The notes under the pieces are model-generated. The model had not been told where the DNA came from and did not search any database. It saw only the letters and a program-made list of their open reading frames with translations. Below are positions 42,961-57,899 of a DNA stretch of 64,000 bases, one piece after another. Made by a program: the position numbers and the translations under genes. The stretch lies in assembly GCF_009914755.1 (NCBI RefSeq), contig NC_060926.1, one strand, 5' to 3'. Numbering within the stretch: the first letter of the stretch is position 1; every line of letters starts with the position of its first letter. Origin of the DNA: the human T2T-CHM13v2.0 reference genome, Homo sapiens.

Positions 42961-44004
42961 TTATCACTGATTAATCAGGTCTACTTTTTCTATTTAATAA
43001 AATAACTATATTATTTCATTCTATACCTTATCTCTTTCCTTATAATTTTAAGGTTTCATACACAAAGAAAAAATTAATTAGTATATTTCCCTATTGATTA
43101 ATACTGACGTTTTCTGATGCAGAAAAATTAGAAAATTTAATGAAAGCAATAGAGTCTTTTCTCAGGGAGAAAATGTGCTCAGGAAATTGTGCTTACAGAT
43201 GTGAAAGATTCATAAACCATGTGAGTTCATTAATGGAGTCAAGGCAAAAGCGTGTCTTCTTAGTTGTCTTATAAGTGCTATGCCTCTAATACTCTTCTTC
43301 CAATCATGCTTGTGTAAACATCTACCTTAATACTTTCTAGTTGTTTAAGGATGCTATTTATTTTCACATGCTCATTTATTCAGAAAATTATTATTATTGC
43401 TATATAATGACATGAATAAGAAATTCAAATTGGTAAATATACAGGTCAAATCATCTGACTGCAATGCAACAAAAGCCATACATTGATTTTTTTGTAAAAT
43501 ATTAGAAATATAAGAAGAGGTAATCTCTTTGATAACTCATATATCAAAAAGGAAGTCCAAAAGCACCATTTAGAAAATTCATAGAATATAATGAAAAGAG
43601 TAGAAACTACGAATTGTAGTTAAAGCTAAACTCAAAGCCAAATTTGTTTTGGAAAATCTTTACTATGGTAGATAATGCAATCTCCAAAAAATGTTCTAAT
43701 GACATATTTCATGACGTAGAACAATTGTTATGCTAAAGCGAGGTACAAATGTTATTTATAGTAATGGACCGAGTTTTACAAATTAATAGTCTAAATGAAC
43801 AATTTACTACAGTATATTTGGTGCAAAAGTAGTAGTATTAGACTGGAAAAAAATAAGTAAATGGTGGTATTTTTTTAAGGAGTTAAGTTAAAATTAATTC
43901 TCTTTATTTTTCCTCAAGTACATTATTAATTTCTCTTTGAAAAATGCTACTTCTAAGAATAGCAAAAGTAAATGCAGAATTATGTATAATAAATTTGTAA
44001 GAGA

Positions 44005-44005
<1 letters not shown>

Positions 44006-44044
<39 letters not shown>

Positions 44045-44045
44045 T
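44006..44045 (+). repeat. (TG)n microsatellite
   Basis: Read directly from the sequence. Confidence 0.95.
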
Positions 44046-44600
44046 ACTTTTATGCCATAAATGTGAAAAGAATTGTTTACTGGGCTTTCCAATGCACTTC
44101 TCCTGAAATAGAAAAATAAAAGGAGGAATGTGGCTGAGAGCAAGAGGACAAGAGAGAGATAGGAAGACAGAGTGTAGACCATATAAGGCATTCATTAGCA
44201 TCATGAAGATAGAGTGCACACGATCATGATGAAATCATTAGCATCATGTACGGTTGGATCAAGAGCCATCATAGAAAGTAAAAGTACATACTGAGTGAGG
44301 TATATCTGAAAAATTCTGAGTGATATCATGGATGGAGAGTTCCATGGCAAAACCAATAAATTTCTTAATCAGAAATACTCTCATGCTGGCTAAAGGAAAT
44401 TCTGAGGTGAAATTTGTCAAGGTAAAGAGCTCATTCTTCAGATTTGAAGCTTTATTTTAAACTCTACCATAAACACAAATAGATAAATTATGTTCCATTT
44501 ATCTTCCTTTTAAAAGAAATTTTGCTGTGAGATGCATATCTGTCATTGCTATATACTATTTGAAAGTATATGTAATGTTTTGTGCCCTTCAAAGCCACTA

Positions 44601-44882
<282 letters not shown>

Positions 44883-44944
44883 AAAAAAAAAAAAAAGAAA
44901 GAGAGAGAGAAAGAAAGAAAGAGAAAGAAAGAAAAAGAAAGAAA

Positions 44945-44984
<40 letters not shown>

Positions 44985-44996
44985 AAAAGAAAAAAA
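44883..44996 (+). repeat. Alu tail-derived An/(GAAA)n polypurine tract
   Basis: About 114 bp of pure A/G sequence. Confidence 0.97.
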
Positions 44997-45832
44997 GCCA
45001 CATGAGGCAATTATTGCTAATTTCATCTTATGAATGAAGGAGTCAGGCTCATAGTTTTCCAGTATCCTCTTCAAGGCTACATATATTCTAAACTGCTAAA
45101 TTTAAATTAAGATTTTACAGAATCAAAAGCTGTCCCTGTTATTACTTGCTGCCTCTTTAGTATTTTTCTTTCCCTCTATTTTCTATTAAATCCCACAGAT
45201 TAAGTTGATCAGAACTTGTTTGGAGACAATGGGGACACACCATTTCAAATTTTATTTATGAAAATCATCTTTTTGTTGTTATTACAAAACATGATTTAAG
45301 ATAAAAATGTTATTTTAAAATTGGTAATTTATCCCTACACCTAAGCAAATATTAAGACATAGCTCGGGTTTCACAATCTTCAAAATTGAGAGCCATAATT
45401 GATATCAACTTCTTACTCTTCATTCTCTTCTTTTTACAATCCTCATAGACTACCTAGAAAACTTTTTATATGTAAACTTTTATGTCCTAGATCAGCAGTT
45501 AGCATTTTAAAAATTTCATTCTTTTTTCTGAGTTCCTTAAGGAAAGAAATATTGACAAACATTTAATTTAGTGCTGAGCAAATTTTACACTTTCCACAAG
45601 CTCCTGTTGGTTGAGAAATATTCTTTTGTACACATGCACTGGTATACACACACTGACACATTTCATTGAAAACAATCTGGGTTTTCAAGTGATTCAACTA
45701 GATAAAATGAAGTTCTATTTGTTCAAGTCATTTCAGAGGCATTTACTTCTCTGGACCTGTAAGTGGTCTTTGATGTGAGGATGGTATCTGCTATAATTGC
45801 CACAGATGTATTCAGAGTTTTTGTCTTTTTAA

Positions 45833-46212
<380 letters not shown>

Positions 46213-46692
46213 TAATTCAGTATTTTTATATAAGGACGTTTCTGTTTCCTAAGCAATTTAGTTTCTTTCTTGACCTTTTCATTAGTGCTAAGGTCTGATT
46301 TTTTTTATATGAAAGTAAATGTGAAAGTCTCTGAATGGGCTCTGTAACAGCCATTATAAAACTATATAGGAAGTCTGATACTTCAGAAATGAATATTTTT
46401 CTGTTAACAAAGTACATCTGACAAAAAAAGATCAAACAGTCAGTCCACTTTGTAAAAACTCTGGAGGTTTCAAAAAGCAAGTCGTCAGGGTTTACCGGAC
46501 AGTGTGCACCGTAGCAGGATGCTAATCTCTCCAGACTCCTAAACAAAGATAACTAACAGACAAGTGTCTTTGATTGAGAAAGCAATGTGACCCATGGGAG
46601 GTACACAGTTTGTTACTGCCCTGTAAGTCATCCAGAGCCACAGTCAGTCTCGAGGTTAGGAAAGGAATCCTGCCAATTCTTTGTGGCATTTC

Positions 46693-46825
46693 CTTCTCTC
46701 TCTCTCTCTTTTTCTCGTCTCCATCTCTCTCTTTCTCTTCTCTCCATCTCTCTCTTTCTCTTTCTCTTTCTCTCTCTCTTTCTCTTCTCTCCATCTCTCT
46801 CTTTCTCTTTCTCTCTCTCTTTCTC
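46693..46825 (+). repeat. CT-rich tract containing three copies of tctccatctctctctttctctt
   Basis: Unit starts at 46718, 46741 and 46788. Confidence 0.93.
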
Positions 46826-47799
46826 ATCTAGGGCTCATCAGACTTCTTCAGAATGATTGCATGCTTTTTCTTCTCACAAAAGCTATAAACCAGCTGATAT
46901 TTGAATAATAAAGAAATAGGAAAAGGTTAAATGTCTAGGTAAAAATATATTTCAAATAATACTTTACATATGACACGACATTTTCCTATCTAGGATCTTA
47001 TTTTACCATTGCTCTCAGCCTAATTTGGCATGTGGTGGTGATATCACCACCATCTAGAGGAGGAAGGTGAACTTCACAGAGCCAGAGCTCTGGGCCAGCC
47101 CAGCAGCATTGAAATTTGATGTCAGAGAGAGATGGGGTCTGACTCAGCCCATGCTCCTACCATTACACGACATTTCCTCTAATTATCAACCTCAGCAAAT
47201 CCTGACTAATCGGTGAAGTTGACATTTGTTAATTTCTACCTTAAAAAAAAAAAGATGAACAAGTAAAAGGAACTACAGAGAAGAAGACTGGCAGAGCCCT
47301 TGCAAAATATCTCCAACACGATTGCAGGGGAGCAGATTATTTTCAGCTGATTCAATAGGCATTCACTCTTCATTAGAAATGCTTTGTGCTAATTTTTATT
47401 CTATTTTTCCAAAGGAATAGTTTATTTATCCGATTTTAATGTGTTAGCAATGCAAAGAGAAGAGAGCACAGTCCATGGAAAGTCATCAACTGCATCAGCC
47501 AGGGTTAATGTTGAGTGCACACTGAACACTTGTTCAACTCGGCATTGTGAAGGCAAGCAAGCTTAAGAAAATCAATTAATGTATCATTTCAATTCCTAGA
47601 TAGATTTCTTTCTGCTTACTCCACACTGCCACTATTAATAAAGCAGGCATATTAAGCACTACCAGCAGCAGGGGGTAAAAAAGAAAGTACAGGCATAAAA
47701 TCTCACAATTTACAAAAAGAATAACCCTTATGAGTCATGCAGCATCACTCTCCAACACTCTGACATTCAAAACAAACTTGCTATGTGTGGCTGTTTTAG

Positions 47800-47802
<3 letters not shown>

Positions 47803-47882
<80 letters not shown>
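47803..47882 (+). repeat. Perfect compound microsatellite (TG)18(GA)22
   Basis: Counted directly from the sequence. Confidence 0.98.
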
Positions 47883-47886
<4 letters not shown>

Positions 47887-48164
47887 GCTCTCATGCAGGA
47901 TTTTCTCTTTTTTCAAGTTGGACCCTACGTCCAAATGATGCAACGAAGAATCACTGAAGTACCCAACACATCCCAAACTTCCCCATGTAACAAAGCCTTC
48001 AACTGATGTAAGATGTTTCAGATATGATCTATACAGAAATACAGCACTTGCCATTCCTTTGCCTATTCCCTAACTAGATGTTCCTAATTCTTCCACTAGG
48101 AGTATTCACCCAGTCCTTACCTGGTGGCACCTATCAGAAAACACAACATGAATATTAACTAACC

Positions 48165-48395
48165 TTATAGAATACCTTTTCTGTACCAAACTTTTTTCTA
48201 ACATAAACTGTTATGTGTGTTAGCTCATGGAATTCTTGACATAACCCTGTGAAGCAAAGCCTATTATTATCTCCATTTTAGAGAGGAGGAAACTGAGGCT
48301 CAGCAAGTATCCTGCCCAGGATCATAGATCTAGAACATGGTAGACCTGAGATTTAAATGCAGCCATCTAGTTCGAGAACCTGCCTTCTTAACAAT
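48165..48395 (-). mobile_element. MIR
   Basis: aaccctgtgaag...ctattattatctccattttagagaggaggaaactgaggctcag...tgcccaggatcata. Confidence 0.88.
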
Positions 48396-49861
48396 GAATA
48401 ATACCTGGCTTTAGCAAGGCAATACATTAGTCTCCCCTGCTTATCCCACACTGCAGAATGAACAGATTAGGGTAAATGGATTCTACCTTTGACAAGGGAC
48501 TCAAATATAGAGGCTTCATAAAATTAAATCAGTCCAAAAATAGTGGTTCTCTAACTTTTGGAGTCTGATCATCCTTTACAAAAGCCAGAGAAAAAAAAAA
48601 GCATGTCAAGGGCAGAGATTCCACTTCCCTAAGTCTTCTCATGCACCAGAAGCTACTCTTGGTTTCTCCTTCTATGTTCTTTGCTTCTTAATTTGAAACT
48701 GTGAGATTCTTTCTGGATGTGTATACTATTTGTCTCAGATATTCCTTGTCAGTTTCTATCTATGGATACATAAAATAGAAAGTCCTTTTTCCAAAAATGT
48801 GTGACTATCCAAAGGATGAAGGCAACAGCTTTAGGTTAACTTATTTCACATTACTACAGACTAACATAAAAAGAGAGTGAAGGGTTTTTTTTTTCTTTTT
48901 TTTTTTTTAAAACTTCTAGTTATTTTAGGACCTGACACCAAGCATGAAATACACCACTTCTCTCAGCAGGCACGGATTGCTTTAAAGTTCTGTTGCAATT
49001 TTTACAACCTAAAATTAGTGTACAACTCTGATTTCTAACCAGCTAGATGAAGACAATAAGAAATGTTCTAAAATTTCAAATCAAATGTTATATATTCGGG
49101 TCAATGGATGGCTATGCTTGTCCTGAGCTTCAATCAGTGATTTTTTTAAAAAAGAAGATAATAGATGAAGGAAGCATGTTATGAATGACCATAGAGGATT
49201 CTCACTAATTTGAAGTTGCTGGTGCTTTTTTCCAATATGATTTTGCCAATCTTTATTCCAACTGTGAGAGAACAAGAAGAACACTTATTTCTCATTTGAT
49301 TTCCTGCAAGGCATTGGATTGTAAATTGAATACCCTACATGAGATTTTTGAGACTTCACGAAATAAATGAAGAGGCAGAGAAATAAAAAAAGAAATGTAA
49401 ATTACCATAAAATAATGCATTTTGAACACAAAAACATCCATAGAAATATTTTTTAAACACACACACACACACATACACACAGAGACCTGTGATTAATTTC
49501 TATGCTATTTGAATGCATTAGGAAATAAAACTTGATTTAAATTTTAGAGAAGTCTTGATACAGAAAGGAAGAGAATTGTCACAAAAGAAATTTATTAAAA
49601 GTTTAAAATCATTACATAATATAAAGACTGGTACATTTTTAGATATTAGTTGACATGAAAAAATATTTTCTTTATCTGTAATTTTAATACAAATAACCGT
49701 GGTAATTATCATCAAAAGCAAGTTTTTAAATGTCCTTAACTCCTTTATTTATAATGTATTTCATTTATTAGGTAAGCTAACTAGTATTAACTGAAAAACA
49801 GTAAAACTTATTTGTCCCTCTACAAATATCTTTTAAATCTTATCTATTATTCCAACTTATT

Positions 49862-50178
<317 letters not shown>

Positions 50179-50271
50179 TTAAATGCCATTAGGTTCTAAT
50201 TTACAATGCATATACATCATCTAACAATTTATGTAAGATAAGTAACTTTTTCACTATAGATGAAAATTTAA

Positions 50272-50662
<391 letters not shown>

Positions 50663-52179
50663 TGAGTGGAGTTTCGTCTTTGCAGTGGAAGCTCTAGGTA
50701 GCTGAAAAACAAAAATGCTTCCAGCATGAATTGAAATCTGAATTAATGTGGATCAAGAAAATGTTGGGGGATTGGTATTAAAAAACCAACTTCATCTACC
50801 TATTAGATTTTACTGCCACCAATTTTGGTTAGTATAGCAAGCTTATCATCTAAGTAATAGCTTGAATGGTAATTAATAATAATAGCTTGAATTTATTGAT
50901 TGACTATTTTGTATCAGAGAGTCTATCTGTCAATCTTGTATAGAAACTTCATCTCAGCATCTCAAGGTAATGTTTTATTTTGTTTTCACATCACCAGTAA
51001 CTCAGTCTTACAAAGTTTGTCTAAGATCCCAAAGCATATATGTTGTTGTGTTACCATTAGATAAAGGCATAGTGAAGTGCAATTTAGCTGCATTTATTTT
51101 AGTGGTTTGAGCCTAACTAAAGGGTGTCTAGACACACACATTACTGGTCAATAAACAAATGCTGGCATTCACAGGCAGGCAGTTTGTATGTTTGAGACAG
51201 GAAGTCAGAGTTTGTGGCCACTGGGTAACTAAGCACTTGAGCTAGCAACAGGGGATTTCTTATGTAGATAACTTGTGTGGTTTTTATAGCCCAATGCTAA
51301 TGTATCTGATATATTCAATATGTTCTCCTTTTTTTTTCCTGTCTCTCTAGCAGCCTTTCTCTGCCCTATCATGGTGGATTATACTGTATTGGATCATGGA
51401 ATTACTCACATATTTTTGCAAGACTAGTGGTCTGTATTTAAAGGAATAATTATACCTTTGAGCAAGACTTGAGATTGCAAAGAGGTGTCCACAGATTTGA
51501 GATTTGTCTGTGGTATGGGGACTTTCTGTTTTTTCTTTTTCTAGTTTTATAGTTTATCTTTTAAGGATCTTATCAAGGCCAAGGCATTGCCTAGAGCCAG
51601 AACATTAGTAATTAGGATAAAATTTGTTTAAATGCATAATTATGGTTATATCAAGTAAAAACATATTTTTCAGACATCCACACAAGTGATTTGGTGCTAG
51701 CAATGTAAATTTAATTTAAAACTATTTTTATTTGATTAAATAAAAATGCTTAAAAGTTTAAAAAAGTTTTCAGGTTTTTTTTCTTTTGTAATGGTAAATT
51801 CACATTTCCTTTATTGTTTTTAACAGTTAATAAAGAACAATGCTGCAATCACTGAATTTAATTACTGGAATCTAAGTTTACCCAAGCACAAAGAGAAGTT
51901 AATAGCAGGTTTAAGCATGTTTATGAATAAATAGCACCAAGGAGTATCTAGGTGTTGAAACTTTGCAGAAAGACTAGGAAAACTCAAGTTTTACAAGTGC
52001 TTAATGAATTAGATATTTAGTATAATTATTTCAAGTTCCACAACTGGTTTCTCTTCAATGAGTTATTTACAACATTTAGCATGTTCTATAAACTATGTTT
52101 ACATTTAAAGTTTATTTTGACAATTTTCCATGTGTCTGATAATTTACTAGACTCCTAAATATAAAATATAAATATAAAA

Positions 52180-52700
52180 TATAGATATTTACTCCATGGA
52201 GCCCAAATTCAAATGTGGAGAATAGTATATAAATACAGAATATTTTAAAAGTAGGTCATATAATCCGAGGAGAGAGACAAAGAGACCAAGTAAACCTTGG
52301 GAAAACATGAGAAGGCATCACAAAGTCACAGGGAAAACTGAAGATAAAATTTGAACTGGATCTTTAATCTTGGTGATTTTCCAGGTAGACAAAATAGGAC
52401 ACAAAATAATCTACATGTAAAGAAAACAATGAACAAAGACCCAGAGGTTGAAGAAGAACAAGATATTTTTATATAGTTGTGGACCAATGGTCATGGTGCA
52501 AAGAAATGTATAATGGGGTTACCAGGATTTGAATCCAGAGAAAAGGCTTTAGATAAGATTGTAAAGATTAAAAAGAGGTTAGGAATTTGGATGTTGCTAG
52601 GAAAATAAAAGGAACCAATGAGGTTTTCAAATAAGGGTTGTGATATGGATTTGTTCTTGAACAAGACAGCCTGGAAGCACTAAACAAAAGTGAAGATTGG
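52180..52700 (-). mobile_element. L2 fragment
   Basis: gaaggcatcacaaag...tttgaactggatcttta...ccaatgaggttttcaaataagggttgtgatatgg. Confidence 0.65.
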
Positions 52701-52751
52701 CAGCTTCTCTCATACACTTCTTCAAAGGAGGGGATGACACTATTATTACTA

Positions 52752-53047
52752 TTTTTTAAACAAGGTCTCACTCCCATTATTCAGGCTGCAGTAGAGTGGC
52801 ATGATCACAACTCACTGTAGCCTAGACTTCTTGGGCTCAGGTGATCCTCCCATCTCAGCCTCCCAAGTAGCTGGGACTACAGGCATGCACCACCACAGTC
52901 GGCTAATTTTTTTTTTTTGTATTTTTAGGGGAGACGTGGTTTCACCATGTTTGCCCAGGCGGGTCTCCAACTCCTGTGCTCAAGCTATCCGTCTGCCTCA
53001 GCCTCTCAGAGTGCTAGGATTACAGGTGTGTCTCACTATGCCCAGCC
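52752..53047 (-). mobile_element. AluJ
   Basis: gatcacaactcactgtagcct...gggctcaggtgatcctcccatctcagcc; gtgctcaagctatcc (J-type). Confidence 0.9.
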
Positions 53048-54066
53048 TAAAAAAAATTTAGAACCTCTAGCATGCCTTCCAGGGACACACTTAATAAATA
53101 TTCAGTAATTATTCCATATCTATGCTTCTTCTACAATAAGCCATAAAGACTATTTTAATTAGTTACTGCTTCACATTGATTGGAATATCCATTTCTTTCC
53201 AATTCAATAAAGCATTGTCATCAGAAGTAAATAGGGGTGGCAGTTGTTCTAATGGAAGCTAACAATATATTAACTAATGGATTTAGAAAATAAATTTTAA
53301 AAATTGCATATGTTATCCTTTCCTTACTCAAAAACAGGGCAGAGCAGTTGGTAAATTGCCTTCCATTCTTCTATATTTGTCTGTTTTAGAAAAATAAAAT
53401 AAAATATCTTTCTTATTCATTCTTTCAATTGGAATGTAATGTAATATAAGAAACTGTAATGTACTCATTTTGCACACATATTAAGAAAACACACGGCATA
53501 ATTGTGGATTATGGATTACAAGAATGGATCCAGTATAATGGCATATTTCTCATGAAAAAATAACAATTATAATATTAACCAAATTTTAAAAATTAATTTA
53601 AAAAATCTAAACACAGGACATACCAGTTATATTTAGCATATAATGAATGCACAGAATGTAAAATGTAACAAATATTTGAGCGAATCTAGGGAAAATTACT
53701 CTAAGCAACTCTATCTTACACAGAGGGTGTGATTAATCACTGGCCTATGTATACTTTTAACTAAGTGCACTGTTAGGAAATAATGAGATAATACACAAAG
53801 AGATATGCCACTTTTTGTACGTAAGGATGATATTCCCATTTCCAACTCTTCTGATAAAGATCTAAAAATGACAGATCCGTACTAGAAATGTTTTCTTCTC
53901 GTTTTAATGAAAGATGACCATCAGAGATATTACATGCAGAAAAAAACGCAAAATTCAATAGCTAAACATTTCTACTTGTGCACATAATTTAAATCATATC
54001 GAAAGATTGGGTTTCACTTCCTCTAACATATCAATACCTAGCAAAAATTTAAAAATTAAATAGAAG

Positions 54067-55582
54067 TAATGGCAGCAGCAGCCCATCTGGAGCAGCTGCT
54101 GCAAAGACACCGGCTGCAGTGAGAGAGGCGCAGCCAGGGCTGCAGGATCCACAGAGCCAATGGGAGCCAGGAACAGGAGGGAGCCCCGCCCCCTTCTGAG
54201 TTGGTGGGGCAGAAGCCCTGCACTTCTGGGTGCATCTGCAGCCACCCAGCCCTGGTCGTGGACCTGTGCATCCCTGTGCTCTTGGGGACCCAGGAAGCTC
54301 CTTGCCTCTGCAGGCTTGAAAGTACCTGCTCCCACTGCCTGGCTTCTCCCGACTCCCAGTACCCACTCCGATTTCAGAGTAAAGTTGTGGCCGACTGGGC
54401 ACTGTCATGATCCGGCTGGGTGTGTGTACGCTTGGTGTGGTGCTGACACACCAGCCCCCTCCCACCTCAGCCCCCTCTGGACTTTGGATTCCCACGAACG
54501 CAGGAGAGAAGCTGAGAGGGAGGGCTGAGGCCAGCTCAGCGTGGGCCTGCAGGTGCTCCTCAGCATGAAGAGCCTGGGTGCCATGGATGGTGGGTTGATG
54601 GCAGCAGGAGGCAGACAGGCTCCTGGACAGACAGGGGCAGTTCCCCAGTGAAGCCCCACCTTCAGGCCACCAAAGGCCGAAGCCCCACCTTCAGGCCACC
54701 AAAGGCCTGAAGTCTGGGGACCAGGCTGCCAGTTCCCCGGAAATGGAGTGAGAACTTATGGTGCTTTTTCCAGGCCCACCTATGGCCACCCATGGACCAA
54801 TCAGCATGCACTTCCTCCCCTTTGAAGCCCGTCAAAACCCCTGGATTCAGCCAGCCTCCTGCTTTCCTAAAACCTGCCTGCAAAGAGGACCTACCCACTT
54901 CGGGTCTTCTGAGACCTGTGCTGTTGCTCAATAAAGCACCTCTTCACCTCAATCACCCTCCAGTTGTCAGCATACCTCATTCTTCCTGGACTTGCGACAA
55001 GAACTTGGGACCTGATGAATGGTGGGTCTGAAATAAGTGTAACAAAAACGGGGCTGAAACAGACCCCTAGCTTGCCATGTTGCAGGCAACGAGAAGGAGG
55101 GAAGAGAGAAGGAGAGAGGAGCTGCAGCTCTTTGGGGATCCCAGACCTAGGAGCTCCCCAAGCTAGGGCTATGACACCTTCTTTGGGGCTCTTCAGTACC
55201 TGGCCTCTCCAAGCTTCCAGGCACCACCACATTCCCCGGTGCCAGCACTGGAAGCCACTTGCGGTACATCTGGTCCAACCACAGCCTCACAGGAACCCAG
55301 CACCCATGCCAGCACCTGGAGCTGCCTGCCCTGTCGCAGCTGGCAAGCCTGGTTGTGTGCGGCAGCTGGACACCATGCTTGCTCACTCATACACCCCTTG
55401 CTACTCCACACCTGACTCACTCTTGGCAGGCGTGAGATCAGTGCCAGTAGCGTGAGCAGACTGTGGCCTGCCAGGACGAATGGGTGGAATGAAGCCAGTG
55501 GGCCCCAGCAAAGCTTAGGCAAAGGCACCACTGATCACAAAGTTTTTCATCTGGCAAGGTGACACCCAAGGATCCCATGACA
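54067..55582 (+). mobile_element. MER52-family solo LTR (ERV1), about 1.5 kb, full length
   Basis: Starts taatggcagcagcagcccatctggagcagctgctgc (decayed TGATGGC...), GC-rich, AATAAA at 54930, ends caaggatcccatgaca. Probable 4-bp TSD gaag/gaaa. Confidence 0.88.
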
Positions 55583-55898
55583 GAAAGAGCAATGTGTTGA
55601 GACTTTAATGAAATTTTAAAGTGACATATTTGCAGGTTTATCAAGGAATATAACAAGCTCTTCTTTTGTACAAAGTAAAACCAGTTTGAATTAAGTTCTA
55701 ATTCTATGATCTAGTCAATTGCAGAATTTAATAAAACTGATTTAAGTCCCCTTTTCTTATCCACTCACTTAATGTCTTGACCATATTTGAATCTGGTACT
55801 ACAAAGAGTCTCACATGAAGCACTGAACTATTTGGTATAGAGTAAGTCACCTTGATAATCCATTAACAACTTGTGACCCTATAAAATGTCATAAACCA

Positions 55899-56053
55899 CC
55901 ACACCACATATGTATACATGTGCCATGCAGCACACCAGCATGGCACATGTATACATATGTAACAAACCTGCACATAGTGCACATGTACCCTAAAACTTAA
56001 AGTATAATAATAATAAAAAAATAAGAGACTACCTATGAAAAAAATAAAATAAA
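55899..56053 (+). mobile_element. Severely 5'-truncated primate L1PA (about PA3-PA5) 3' end with a 5' inversion
   Basis: gcagcacaccagcatggcacatgtatacatatgtaacaaacctgcac...cacatgtaccctaaaacttaaagtataataataataaaa. TSD ataaaatgtca(t/c)aaacca at 55881 and 56054. Confidence 0.93.
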
Positions 56054-56977
56054 ATAAAATGTCACAAACCATTACCAAAAACCTACTATTTTATCTAACA
56101 GGTATATGTGTTAGTAATACATATAATGATGGCCAAATGGTCTCTCTATATATCTTGATTTTTCAGTACTACTCTATGACGTTTACTTCTGATATCTTCA
56201 AATTGCCTCTTGTCCAGAAGACTATAATCTGTCTGAACCTGTGAAAATATTACCCTTTGGGAGAAGACAGCACATAAGTTATGTCCACAGGTAGTCCTTC
56301 AAGTTTTCATTTACACAGAAGTGCAATTTACCAACCATTTATTGGTCTTCCTTAGCAGTCTGCTTTTACTGTGATTTGTAGAACTGTCTACTGATATTCA
56401 AAATATTTAAACAACAATTTCTAATATAGACTCTGAATTACGGTTACAAAAATCAACAGGAGAAAAACCAAAAATAGTTTGTTCACAAAAATAAATTACT
56501 TTCCTTTTTTGATAATTACGTTTCCTTTAGGAAACATATCAACATTTAAAGCAACATGCACATTTAAGAGTTTTCTTTATTTCAAAAATGTGGACCACAG
56601 TGCTTAAGAATAATTATTTTAGTCAGCCTTGGAACACGCTTAAATAATTTAATATTTTAAAGCAATTAGTAATGTTCTCTTACAACATGCAAGAATTGTA
56701 GCTGGACAGACCAATGTGACAAAACCCATTATTACAAAACCTAATATTAGAGAACCATGCCACAAAGAAAACTGGACAGCAAACTCTTCCATTTATGATT
56801 CTCAAACACGTTCCATATTTGCAACACAAAATATCAGATGTGGAGAACTTTGTGTCTAAAAGTAACTTTGGGTTCAGTCTTGCTAACTTATGAGTGTGAA
56901 CAGTGAAACATATCTATATGTAGAAAGATCCAGAAGTCATATCCCTTATGCCTGTTTTGTTCTTTTAAAAACTACTT

Positions 56978-57298
<321 letters not shown>

Positions 57299-57899
57299 CT
57301 ATCTGACAAGACTTGAAGAAAAATAAAGAGATAAAAATGAAAAAGAAAAGTGTTATAAAAGAAAGGGAACACTGATGATACACTAAGTATTTGAGAAAAC
57401 TATTTATAAATTTGAAATAAAACTAAAGCTAAATGTAAAAAAAATCATAGGAAAGAAAAGAAACACAATATCTCTACAGAGACTTAAGTTCCTCCTACAG
57501 TGAGAAGAAGAGCAGTACTTTCTGGGAGGTGCAATCCACAAAAGAAAAATCCTTAGCGAATGGTGACATTTTTCGTTATGAGATACAAATTGCTATTTTC
57601 CCATGCTATCTTACCATAAAGTATCAAAAATAATAAAAAAAAACAGCAGTCTAAGTAGGGGAAGATGATAAATCATTAGAGAAGAGCCGCCACCTGCTAA
57701 AACTTTGAACTGCGTCTGAAAGCATCTCACATCAACTGCCAGAGTTGCTGCTGATCTAAGAAGTAATTCTACAAGCTCGATGCTGGACACAATAGTCCTG
57801 TTCCCTGTGCTTTTGCAAACACCCTATTGGAACCAATTTTTCTTTGTTTTAGGAAGAACAAAATGTGAGTCCAGTAAAAAGTATTATAGTAAAACAAAG

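Noticed and set aside
46522-48054. ORFs with RE, SL, CV or TH dipeptide runs
   Set aside because: Translations of microsatellites
51040-51610. Possible ancient LTR-like or regulatory segment
   Set aside because: Could not assign a family or termini with any confidence
53994-55656. Dense overlapping ORFs up to 163 aa on both strands
   Set aside because: All lie in or overlap the GC-rich MER52 LTR, where stop codons are rare; no gag, pol or env similarity seen
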